This document shows positions 40,653 through 49,298 of a stretch of DNA of 64,000 nucleotides, in pieces. Within the stretch, counting starts at the first letter, position 1, and each line of letters begins with the position of its first letter. The stretch is from contig JAKMFX010000012.1 in NCBI GenBank assembly GCA_022425195.1, forward strand, positions 52,160-116,159, in the 5' to 3' direction. The stretch comes from Flavobacteriales bacterium. GTDB lineage: Bacteria; Bacteroidota; Bacteroidia; Flavobacteriales; UBA7430. The translations under genes were made by a program, and so were the position numbers. The notes below the pieces were generated by a model. It saw nothing but the letters and a program-made list of their open reading frames with translations, had not been told where the DNA came from and ran no database searches.

Positions 40653-41243
40653 ATGGATAAGTTTACAAAATTGACATCTTCAGCGATTCCTTTAGAAATC
40701 GAAAACATTGACACCGACCAAATCATACCTGCTCGCTTTCTTAAAGCTACAGATAAAAAAGGTTTTGGTGAAAATTTGTTCAGGGACTGGCGTTTCGATA
40801 AAAATGGAAATACAAACACGGACTTCCCTTTAAACGATAAAAAGTTTTCAGGCAGTATTTTGGTGGCTGGAGATAACTTCGGATGTGGTTCCAGTAGAGA
40901 GCACGCTGCTTGGGCAGTTCATGGTTATGGATTCAAGGTCGTCGTGTCTAGCTTTTTTGCTGATATTTTCAAAGGAAATGCACTTAACAATGGAGTTCTA
41001 CCCGTACAGGTATCTCCTTCTTTTTTGAAAAATATTTTTGAAGAAATCAAAAAGAATCCGGAAGCAGACATTGAGGTTGATTTAGAAGCTCAAACAATAA
41101 CATTGTTATCAAATCAACAATCAGAAAGCTTCGAAATAAATAGCTACAAGAAAACCTGCCTCATCAATGGTTACGATGATATTGACTTTTTAGTCAGTAT
41201 GAAAGAAGAGATTCAGGCATTTGAAAAAGATAGAGTAGAGTAA
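40653..41243 (+). CDS. leuD: 3-isopropylmalate dehydratase small subunit
   Basis: [11 protein letters not shown] and [13 protein letters not shown]. The ATG is 1 nt after the leuC stop. Confidence 0.95.
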   Translation: MDKFTKLTSSAIPLEIENIDTDQIIPARFLKATDKKGFGENLFRDWRFDKNGNTNTDFPLNDKKFSGSILVAGDNFGCGSSREHAAWAVHGYGFKVVVSSFFADIFKGNALNNGVLPVQVSPSFLKNIFEEIKKNPEADIEVDLEAQTITLLSNQQSESFEINSYKKTCLINGYDDIDFLVSMKEEIQAFEKDRVE

Positions 41244-41299
41244 AAACTTATAAAATCCTTTTTGAGTATATCTCAAAATTAGGCCCTAAAATTAAAAAA

Positions 41300-42415
41300 A
41301 TGAAACTAGATATTGCTGTATTATCAGGAGATGGAATTGGTCCTGAAGTAACTGACCAAGCCATAAAAACATTAAACGCCATTGAAAATCGTTTTGACCA
41401 TAAATTCAATTTTCAAGATGGACTTGTAGGTGCCATCGCGATAGATGAAACGGGAGACCCACTTCCCCAAGAGACGCTAGACCTTTGTAAAAACACAGAT
41501 GCAGTGCTATTTGGGTCCATCGGAGCTCCTAAATACGACAATGACCCAAGTGCGCCAGTACGCCCAGAACAAGGACTTCTGAAGCTCAGAAAAGAATTGG
41601 GTTTATATGCGAACATACGCCCTCTAAAAGCCTACGCTACCCTATTGGATAAATCTCCACTAAAGAGAGAAATCATCGAAGGAACCGACATATCCATTTA
41701 CAGAGAATTGACAGGAGGAATCTATTTTGGTGAGAAAAAAATTAGTGCTGATGGTAATGTAGCCTCTGACTTATGTGAATACTCAAGATCAGAAATTGAA
41801 CGCATCAGTCATTTGGCATTCCAGGCAGCTCGTAAAAGAAAAAACAAAGTAACCCTAGTGGACAAGGCCAACGTACTAGAATCTTCAAGATTGTGGAGAA
41901 AAGTAGTTACAGAGCTTGCTGCTTCATATACTGATGTAAAATTGGATTTCTTATTTGTAGACAATGCTGCCATGCAAATGATTTTGAATCCTAGCCAGTT
42001 TGACGTCATTTTGACCAACAACATCTTTGGAGATATTATATCTGATGAAGCCAGTGTTATTGGAGGTTCAATTGGTCTTCTTGCCTCTGCCTCAGCAGGA
42101 AATAAACACGCAATGTTTGAACCGATACACGGATCATTTCCACAAGCTACGGGTCTTGGAATCGCAAACCCTATAGCTGCCGTATTATCTGCTGCCATGT
42201 TGCTTGAACACTTTAATCTTTTAGAAGAATCAAAATTGATTAATGAAGCCGTTGAGAAAGCACTTGAGTACAATCTGACAACACCTGACTTAAATGATAA
42301 AAATCCTTTAACAACGGATAAAGTAGGTGATTTTATAGCGCATTACATTGAGAATGCAGAAGAAGCCCTAGAGAAATTCAAAAATGTAAATCTTGGGCAG
42401 TCTACCGTCATGTAA
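41300..42415 (+). CDS. leuB: 3-isopropylmalate dehydrogenase
   Basis: IAVLSGDGIGPEV, the NIFGDIISDEASVIGGSIGL signature, and a length of 371 aa. Confidence 0.95.
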   Translation: MKLDIAVLSGDGIGPEVTDQAIKTLNAIENRFDHKFNFQDGLVGAIAIDETGDPLPQETLDLCKNTDAVLFGSIGAPKYDNDPSAPVRPEQGLLKLRKELGLYANIRPLKAYATLLDKSPLKREIIEGTDISIYRELTGGIYFGEKKISADGNVASDLCEYSRSEIERISHLAFQAARKRKNKVTLVDKANVLESSRLWRKVVTELAASYTDVKLDFLFVDNAAMQMILNPSQFDVILTNNIFGDIISDEASVIGGSIGLLASASAGNKHAMFEPIHGSFPQATGLGIANPIAAVLSAAMLLEHFNLLEESKLINEAVEKALEYNLTTPDLNDKNPLTTDKVGDFIAHYIENAEEALEKFKNVNLGQSTVM

Positions 42416-42430
42416 TCGTCTGAAAAGGCT

Positions 42431-42438
42431 TACTTTTG
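42431..42438 (+). promoter_or_regulatory. Candidate internal -7 promoter box (TAnnTTTG) between leuB and ilvD
   Basis: TACTTTTG lies 55 nt upstream of the ilvD ATG, in a 78-nt gap. Confidence 0.3.
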
Positions 42439-42493
42439 CTGACGTAACTAATGTTTACAGAAAACTACTAACAAAACACATCACCTTAGAGGT

Positions 42494-44170
42494 ATGAAAT
42501 TAAATAAATACAGCTGTCGAATAACGCAAGATGACTCTCAACCAGCAGCCAAAGCGATGCTTCATGCCATCGGTTTGACAAAAGAAGACTTTGAGAAACC
42601 ATTTATCGGAATTGCGAGTACAGGTTATGAGGGAAACCCTTGTAACATGCACTTAAACGACTTAGCTAAAAAAGTTAAAGAAGGAACTAAAAATGCCAAC
42701 CTCGTTGGTTTGATCTTCAACACCATCGGTGTTAGTGATGGGATTTCTATGGGAACACCTGGAATGAGATTCTCTTTACCTTCAAGAGATTTAATAGCAG
42801 ACTCCATGGAAACCGTAGTTAGCGCTATGTCATACGATGGATTGGTGACTGTAGTAGGTTGTGACAAAAACATGCCAGGTGCGCTTATCGCCATGTTGCG
42901 ATTAAATCGACCAAGTGTACTTGTGTACGGTGGAACGATCGCTTCAGGATGCCATGAAGGTAAAAAGTTAGACGTTGTTTCTGCTTTTGAAGCCTGGGGC
43001 GAAAAGACAGCGGGAATCATCGATGAGGGAACCTACGAAAACATCATAGAAAAAGCATGTCCTGGCGCAGGAGCTTGTGGTGGTATGTATACGGCAAATA
43101 CCATGGCTGCAGCAATTGAAGCCTTGGGGATGTCTTTACCTTTTAACTCATCTAACCCAGCACTTAGCTCAGACAAACAGGATGAAAGTGTTCGTGCAGG
43201 TGAAGCTTTGTCACTTTTAGTAGAAAAAGATTTAAAGCCGAAAGATATTGTTACAAAAGCTGCCCTCGAGAATGCCATCCGATTGGTGACCGTTTTAGGG
43301 GGTTCAACAAATGCAGTACTTCACTTTTTAGCCATTGCATATGCCGCGGATGTAGACTTTACATTGAGTGACTTTCAAAGAATATCTGACAGCACTCCAT
43401 TCCTTGCCGACTTAAAACCAAGCGGGAAATATTTAATGGAAGATGTACATACCATTGGAGGTATACCTGCTGTTATGAAGTACATGCTTAAAGAGGGCAT
43501 GTTGCACGGTGATTGTATGACGGTAACCGGAAAAACACTCGCCGATAACTTAGCGTCTGTGCCATCATTACCAGAAGATCAAGATGTGATTCGTCCAATA
43601 TCAGCACCCATCAAAGAAACCGGACACCTTAGAATTTTGTACGGAAATCTTTCTGAAAATGGAGCCGTAGCGAAAATTACAGGAAAAGAAGGTTTGAAGT
43701 TTGTAGGTACTGCAAAAGTCTTTGATTCTGAATATGATGCTAACGATGGTATTAGAGACGGTTTGGTCAAAAAAGGCGATGTCGTGGTGATTAGATATGA
43801 AGGACCTAAAGGTGGTCCTGGAATGCCAGAAATGCTAAAACCTACCGCAGCTATTATTGGTGCTGGTTTAGGTAAAGATGTGGCCTTGATTACTGACGGA
43901 CGATTTTCCGGTGGAACTCATGGATTTGTTGTAGGGCACATCTCTCCAGAAGCACATGAAGGAGGACTTATTGCCTTGATTGAAGATGGTGACAAAATCA
44001 CCATTGATGCGAATACAAACACGATAAACGCAGATTTAACTGATGAGGAAGTAGAAAAACGTAAAGCAAATTGGAAAAAACCGGATTTGAAATTCAAAAA
44101 AGGAATTCTATACAAATATGCTAGAAACGTTTCATGTGCCTCAGAAGGTTGCGTAACAGATAAATCATAA
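42494..44170 (+). CDS. ilvD: Dihydroxy-acid dehydratase
   Basis: The IlvD/Edd signatures CDKNMPG and [11 protein letters not shown], at 558 aa. Confidence 0.95.
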   Translation: MKLNKYSCRITQDDSQPAAKAMLHAIGLTKEDFEKPFIGIASTGYEGNPCNMHLNDLAKKVKEGTKNANLVGLIFNTIGVSDGISMGTPGMRFSLPSRDLIADSMETVVSAMSYDGLVTVVGCDKNMPGALIAMLRLNRPSVLVYGGTIASGCHEGKKLDVVSAFEAWGEKTAGIIDEGTYENIIEKACPGAGACGGMYTANTMAAAIEALGMSLPFNSSNPALSSDKQDESVRAGEALSLLVEKDLKPKDIVTKAALENAIRLVTVLGGSTNAVLHFLAIAYAADVDFTLSDFQRISDSTPFLADLKPSGKYLMEDVHTIGGIPAVMKYMLKEGMLHGDCMTVTGKTLADNLASVPSLPEDQDVIRPISAPIKETGHLRILYGNLSENGAVAKITGKEGLKFVGTAKVFDSEYDANDGIRDGLVKKGDVVVIRYEGPKGGPGMPEMLKPTAAIIGAGLGKDVALITDGRFSGGTHGFVVGHISPEAHEGGLIALIEDGDKITIDANTNTINADLTDEEVEKRKANWKKPDLKFKKGILYKYARNVSCASEGCVTDKS

Positions 44171-44183
44171 ATCAATACTGATT

Positions 44184-45905
44184 ATGGGAACAAATGTAAA
44201 CAAGCCAAGCCATAAAGCAGGTTTGATGACAGGTGCAGAAGCAGTGGTTCAGTCATTGGTAGCTGAAGGTGTAGAATTGCTATTTGGCTACCCTGGCGGT
44301 GCGATTATGCCTGTTTATGATGCTTTATATGGAGCAGAAGATCAGCTAAAACACATTCTTACTCGTCACGAGCAAGGTGCTACACACATGGCTCAAGGAT
44401 ATGCGAGAGCCACAGGAAAAGTTGGAGTCTGCATCGCAACATCTGGACCTGGTGCCACAAATTTGATTACAGGTATCGCCGATGCACAGATTGATTCTAC
44501 ACCGATGGTATGTATCACCGGACAAGTAATGAGTTCTCTTTTGGGAACCGATGCTTTTCAGGAAACAGACATCATTGGTATCTCAATGCCTGTAACCAAA
44601 TGGAACGTACAGGTTACAAAAGCTGAAGATATTCCTACTGCCATTGCTAAAGCCTTCTACATAGCTCGATCTGGAAAACCAGGTCCTGTATTGGTTGATA
44701 TTACCAAAAATGCGCAGTTTGATCAGGTAGATTTTAACTACGTGCCTTTTGAAGGGATGCGAAGCTATAAACCTGTTCCAGTGGCGTCCACAGACCAAAT
44801 TAAAGTCGCTGCAGAACTCATCAATAATGCCAAACGACCATTTGTTCTTTTTGGGCAAGGTATTATTTTATCTCAGGCAGAGGAAGAGTTCAAAGCTTTT
44901 ATCGAAAAGACTGGAATTCCTTCTGCATGGACCATTATGGGCCTATCGGCATTGGATACTGACCACGAACTAAACGTTGGGATGCTAGGTATGCATGGTA
45001 ATTATGCACCAAACAAATTAACGAATGAATGTGATGTGCTCATTGCAGTGGGTATGCGTTTTGATGACCGTGTTACGGGTGATCTTACAAAATATGCCAA
45101 GCAAGCTAAAGTCGTACACATTGAAATTGATGCAGCTGAAATCAACAAAAATGTAACGGCTCATGCACCAGTACTTGGTGACGCAAAAGATATTTTAAAA
45201 CAGTTGATTCCTTTGGTAAAGGAAAATTCTCACGAGCAATGGTTGCAGCGTTTCAAGGACTTTGAGCAAGAAGAAATCGACCAAGTAATTCGTGAAGAGT
45301 TAAAGCCATCGAAAGACATTATGAGTATGGGAGAGGTCATTGGTCAAATCAATGAACTTTCAAATGGTGACAATGTCATCGTGACCGACGTAGGTCAACA
45401 CCAAATGGTGGCTTGTCGTTATGCGGAGTTTAAACAATCGAAATCTATGATTACCTCAGGTGGTTTGGGGACGATGGGCTTTTGTCTTCCTGCTGCCATA
45501 GGAGCTAAAATGGGCGTTCCTAACAAACAAGTAATCGCCGTTATTGGAGATGGTGGTTTCCAGATGACCATACAAGAATTGGGTACTATATTGGAATCTA
45601 AAGTCGCTGTAAAGATTTTACTGCTTAACAATGAATTCTTAGGTATGGTTCGTCAATGGCAAGAACTGTTTTTTGAAAAAAGATATGCTTCCACAATCAT
45701 GGTGAACCCTGATTTCCAGATGATTGCAAAAAGCTACAGTATAAAGACTGCCTTAATTGACGATCGTAAAAATTTAGAACAAGGGGTGAAAGAAATGCTA
45801 GAGCATGATGGAGCCTACTTCTTAGAAGTAAGAGTTGGGAAAGAAAATAATGTATTCCCAATGATTCCGTCTGGGGTTGCCGTTTCAGACATACGATTAA
45901 AATAA
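44184..45905 (+). CDS. ilvB: Acetolactate synthase large subunit
   Basis: ThDP enzyme blocks (GYPGGAIMPVYDAL, IGDGGFQMTIQELGT), at 573 aa. Confidence 0.95.
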   Translation: MGTNVNKPSHKAGLMTGAEAVVQSLVAEGVELLFGYPGGAIMPVYDALYGAEDQLKHILTRHEQGATHMAQGYARATGKVGVCIATSGPGATNLITGIADAQIDSTPMVCITGQVMSSLLGTDAFQETDIIGISMPVTKWNVQVTKAEDIPTAIAKAFYIARSGKPGPVLVDITKNAQFDQVDFNYVPFEGMRSYKPVPVASTDQIKVAAELINNAKRPFVLFGQGIILSQAEEEFKAFIEKTGIPSAWTIMGLSALDTDHELNVGMLGMHGNYAPNKLTNECDVLIAVGMRFDDRVTGDLTKYAKQAKVVHIEIDAAEINKNVTAHAPVLGDAKDILKQLIPLVKENSHEQWLQRFKDFEQEEIDQVIREELKPSKDIMSMGEVIGQINELSNGDNVIVTDVGQHQMVACRYAEFKQSKSMITSGGLGTMGFCLPAAIGAKMGVPNKQVIAVIGDGGFQMTIQELGTILESKVAVKILLLNNEFLGMVRQWQELFFEKRYASTIMVNPDFQMIAKSYSIKTALIDDRKNLEQGVKEMLEHDGAYFLEVRVGKENNVFPMIPSGVAVSDIRLK

Positions 45906-45911
45906 AACAAC

Positions 45912-46424
45912 ATGAAAAAAAGATTCACACTCTCGATTTTCACAGAAAATATCGTAGGTATACTAAATCAAGTAACCATCATTTTCACGCGTAGACACAT
46001 CAACATCGAAAGTATTGTGGTGTCTGAAAGTGAAATGGATGGGATACACCGCTATACACTTGTAATTTCAGAAACGGATGAAGTCGTAAGAAAAGTTGTT
46101 TTACAATTGGAAAAACAAGTAGACATCATCAAAGCTTTGTATCACGAAGACAAAGACGTCATCTACCAAGAAATTGCGCTATTCAAGATGCCTAGCGATG
46201 TATTGATCAAAGGTGGAGAAGCAGAAAAAATTGTTCGCAAGCACTTTGCAAGAATCATATCTGTTGAAGAAGGGTTTATCATCCTAGAAAAAACAGGGCA
46301 TAAAGAAGAAACACAAAAACTATTTAACGAACTAAAACCCTATGGAGTTTTGGAATTTGTTAGATCCGGCAGAATTGCCATTACCAAACCAATGAAAACA
46401 TTGGAAACTATACTTAAGAACTAG
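45912..46424 (+). CDS. ilvN: Acetolactate synthase small (regulatory) subunit
   Basis: ACT domain start (LSIFTENIVGILNQVTIIFTRRHINIESI), 170 aa, immediately after ilvB. Confidence 0.85.
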   Translation: MKKRFTLSIFTENIVGILNQVTIIFTRRHINIESIVVSESEMDGIHRYTLVISETDEVVRKVVLQLEKQVDIIKALYHEDKDVIYQEIALFKMPSDVLIKGGEAEKIVRKHFARIISVEEGFIILEKTGHKEETQKLFNELKPYGVLEFVRSGRIAITKPMKTLETILKN

Positions 46425-46457
46425 AATAAACTCAAACAGAAGAAAACAGTAGAAAAC

Positions 46458-47930
46458 ATGACAAATTACTTTAATACACTATCCCTAGGATCTCAACTTG
46501 AACAGTTGGGTAAATGTGATCTTATGAATCCTTCCGAATTCGAAGGTGGCGTAGACGTATTGCTTGGAAAAAAAGTTGTTATCGTAGGATGTGGAGCACA
46601 AGGATTGAATCAAGGTTTAAACATGCGCGATTCAAAACTCGATGTATCCTTTGCTTTAAGATCGTCAGCGATCGCTGAAAAAAGACAATCTTACCTCAAT
46701 GCCACAGAAAATAATTTCAAGGTAGGAGATTACGATGAAATGATCCCTGATGCAGATTTGGTGATTAATCTTACCCCGGACAAGCAACACACAGATGTGG
46801 TATCTAAAGTAATGCCATTAATGAAAAAGGGGGCTACCCTATCCTACTCTCACGGATTCAATGTTGTGGAAGAAGGAATGGAAATCAGAAAAGACCTTAC
46901 CGTTATCATGATGGCACCAAAGTCACCAGGTTCTGAAGTTCGTGAAGAATACAAACGTGGGTTTGGTGTTCCTACCCTAATCGCCGTTCACGCTGAAAAT
47001 GATCCTGAAGGAAAAGGGGCAGCTTATGCAAAAGCCTATGCGGTAGCTACCGGTGGTCATAAAGCAGGAGTACTTAACTCATCCTTTGTTGCCGAAGTAA
47101 AATCCGACTTAATGGGAGAACAAACTATTTTGTGTGGTGTACTACAAACCGCTTCTATACTTGGATTCGACAAAATGGTTGCTTCTGGTATCGATTCAAA
47201 TTATGCTTCTAAATTGATTCAGTACGGTTGGGAGGTTATTACAGAAGCCATGAAATATGGTGGACTTACCAACATGATGGATCGTTTATCTAATCCTGCA
47301 AAGGTTGAGGCTTTTAGATTGTCTGAAGAATTGAAGACCCTCATGAGACCATTGTTTAAAAAACATATGGATGATATCATGTCAGGTAAGTTCTCATCCG
47401 ATATGATGACGGACTGGTCAAATGACGACATCAACCTATTGACATGGAGAAAACAAACAGGTGAGACAGCTTTTGAAAAAACCACAGCTACAGATCAAGA
47501 AATTACAGAACAAGAATTCTTTGACCATGGAACCTTAATGGTTGCCTTTGTAAAGTCTGGTGTTGAGCTGGCTTACGAAACGATGACAGCCTCAGGTATA
47601 AAAGCAGAATCAGCTTACTACGAATCTTTACACGAAACCCCACTTATTGCAAATACCATTGCACGTAAGAAATTATTTGAAATGAATAGAATCATTTCGG
47701 ATACAGCTGAATACGGTTGTTATTTATTCGACCACGCATGTCGACCATTGGTAAAAGACTTCGTAAACAGTATGGATACGAGCGTGATCGGAGCTGCATT
47801 TTCCACATCAAACCAAGTGGACAATAAGGAATTGATCGAAGTAAATAAAGCGATCAGAAATCATCCAATTGAGGAAGTTGGTGCTAAATTGCGTACAGCA
47901 ATGACCAGCATGAAAAAAATCGTTCACTAA
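46458..47930 (+). CDS. ilvC: Ketol-acid reductoisomerase, long class II form
   Basis: [16 protein letters not shown] Rossmann motif and a duplicated knotted domain, at 490 aa. Confidence 0.95.
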   Translation: MTNYFNTLSLGSQLEQLGKCDLMNPSEFEGGVDVLLGKKVVIVGCGAQGLNQGLNMRDSKLDVSFALRSSAIAEKRQSYLNATENNFKVGDYDEMIPDADLVINLTPDKQHTDVVSKVMPLMKKGATLSYSHGFNVVEEGMEIRKDLTVIMMAPKSPGSEVREEYKRGFGVPTLIAVHAENDPEGKGAAYAKAYAVATGGHKAGVLNSSFVAEVKSDLMGEQTILCGVLQTASILGFDKMVASGIDSNYASKLIQYGWEVITEAMKYGGLTNMMDRLSNPAKVEAFRLSEELKTLMRPLFKKHMDDIMSGKFSSDMMTDWSNDDINLLTWRKQTGETAFEKTTATDQEITEQEFFDHGTLMVAFVKSGVELAYETMTASGIKAESAYYESLHETPLIANTIARKKLFEMNRIISDTAEYGCYLFDHACRPLVKDFVNSMDTSVIGAAFSTSNQVDNKELIEVNKAIRNHPIEEVGAKLRTAMTSMKKIVH

Positions 47931-47931
47931 A

Positions 47932-49179
47932 ATGAACCATGTAGAAATAAGTAAGGTTAAAGAAGCAGCATCACGTTTAAGTGATGTTGCTTCCTTGACA
48001 CCCCTTACTTTAAATTTCAATAAAACGAAGGAATTTGATGCAAAGATTTATTTCAAGCGTGAAGACCTTCAGCAAGTGCGATCTTATAAAATTCGCGGCG
48101 CATACAACAAGATAACCTCACTCTCTGAAGATGAATTGGTAAATGGTGTTGTGTGTGCAAGTGCAGGAAATCACGCGCAAGGCGTTGCGTATGCCTGCTA
48201 CAAAAAGAAAATTAAAGGGGTGATATTCATGCCTACCCCTACACCAAAACAGAAAATCGAGCAGGTGAAAATGTTCGGTGGCGAATTCATTGAAATCATT
48301 CTAACGGGTGACACCTTTGATGATGCCTACAACGAATCCATTCTCTTCTGTGAGAAGAACAAAATGTGCTTCATCCCTCCTTTTGACGATATGAAAGTCA
48401 TTGAGGGCCAAGCTACTGTAGGCTTAGAATTGTTAGAGCAATCCTCAGAGCCTATTGACTACATATTTCTCCCTGTTGGCGGCGGAGGTCTCATCACTGG
48501 AGTTTCAAGCGTATTCAAACAGCTGTCTCCGGAAACCAAAATTATTGGGGTAGAACCTGAAGGGGCTCCATCCATGACAAAAGCTCTAGAAGCAGGGAAA
48601 CCTGTTCGATTGGAGGAAATCAATAAATTTATTGACGGTGCATCTGTACAAAAAGTAGGTGCATTGAACTTTGAAATCTGTAAAGACAAAATTGATCAGA
48701 TGACTACTGTTCCCGAAGGGAAAGTATGTCAATCCATACTGGATTTATACAACAAAGATGCCGTAGTTGTTGAACCTGCAGGCGCACTATCTGTAGCAGT
48801 ATTGGATCAATTTCGTGAAGAGATAAAAGGAAAAAATGTCGTTTGTATCATCAGTGGTAGTAACAATGACATTACCCGTACAGAAGAAATTAAGGAACTC
48901 GCCTTATTGCACGCCGGTCTGAAACATTATTTTATCATTCGTTTTCCTCAAAGAGCCGGAGCTTTAAAAGAGTTTATTTCAGAAGTACTGGGTCCTGAAG
49001 ATGACATCACTCATTTTGAATATTCTAAGAAACACAATCGTAATCAAGGTCCCGCGGTTATTGGCATTGAACTAAAATATGCAGACTCATTAGAAGGACT
49101 AAAACAACGTATGATCGATCGTAAATTCTTTGGAGAATATTTGAACAACAAACCTGATTTGTTCCAATATCTTGTCTAA
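47932..49179 (+). CDS. ilvA: Threonine ammonia-lyase (threonine dehydratase), short form with one regulatory domain
   Basis: PLP Lys motif (QQVRSYKIRGAYN), GNHAQG, the GGGGL loop and a C-terminal ACT-like domain. The start is 1 nt after the ilvC stop. Confidence 0.9.
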   Translation: MNHVEISKVKEAASRLSDVASLTPLTLNFNKTKEFDAKIYFKREDLQQVRSYKIRGAYNKITSLSEDELVNGVVCASAGNHAQGVAYACYKKKIKGVIFMPTPTPKQKIEQVKMFGGEFIEIILTGDTFDDAYNESILFCEKNKMCFIPPFDDMKVIEGQATVGLELLEQSSEPIDYIFLPVGGGGLITGVSSVFKQLSPETKIIGVEPEGAPSMTKALEAGKPVRLEEINKFIDGASVQKVGALNFEICKDKIDQMTTVPEGKVCQSILDLYNKDAVVVEPAGALSVAVLDQFREEIKGKNVVCIISGSNNDITRTEEIKELALLHAGLKHYFIIRFPQRAGALKEFISEVLGPEDDITHFEYSKKHNRNQGPAVIGIELKYADSLEGLKQRMIDRKFFGEYLNNKPDLFQYLV

Positions 49180-49202
49180 GATAGACTAAGACTTGACTTT
49201 AC

Positions 49203-49238
49203 AAAAACCCCCGAGAACTATAGTTCTCGGGGGTTTTA
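49203..49238. terminator. Strong bidirectional terminator separating ilvA from the MORN-protein gene
   Basis: aaaaacccccgagaac-tata-gttctcgggggtttt: perfect 11-bp GC-rich arms. Confidence 0.8.
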
Positions 49239-49298
49239 TATATACAATAACCATATACAGTTACTAGTAGAAATTATCTAAAGTCTTTTTCAACTTTA

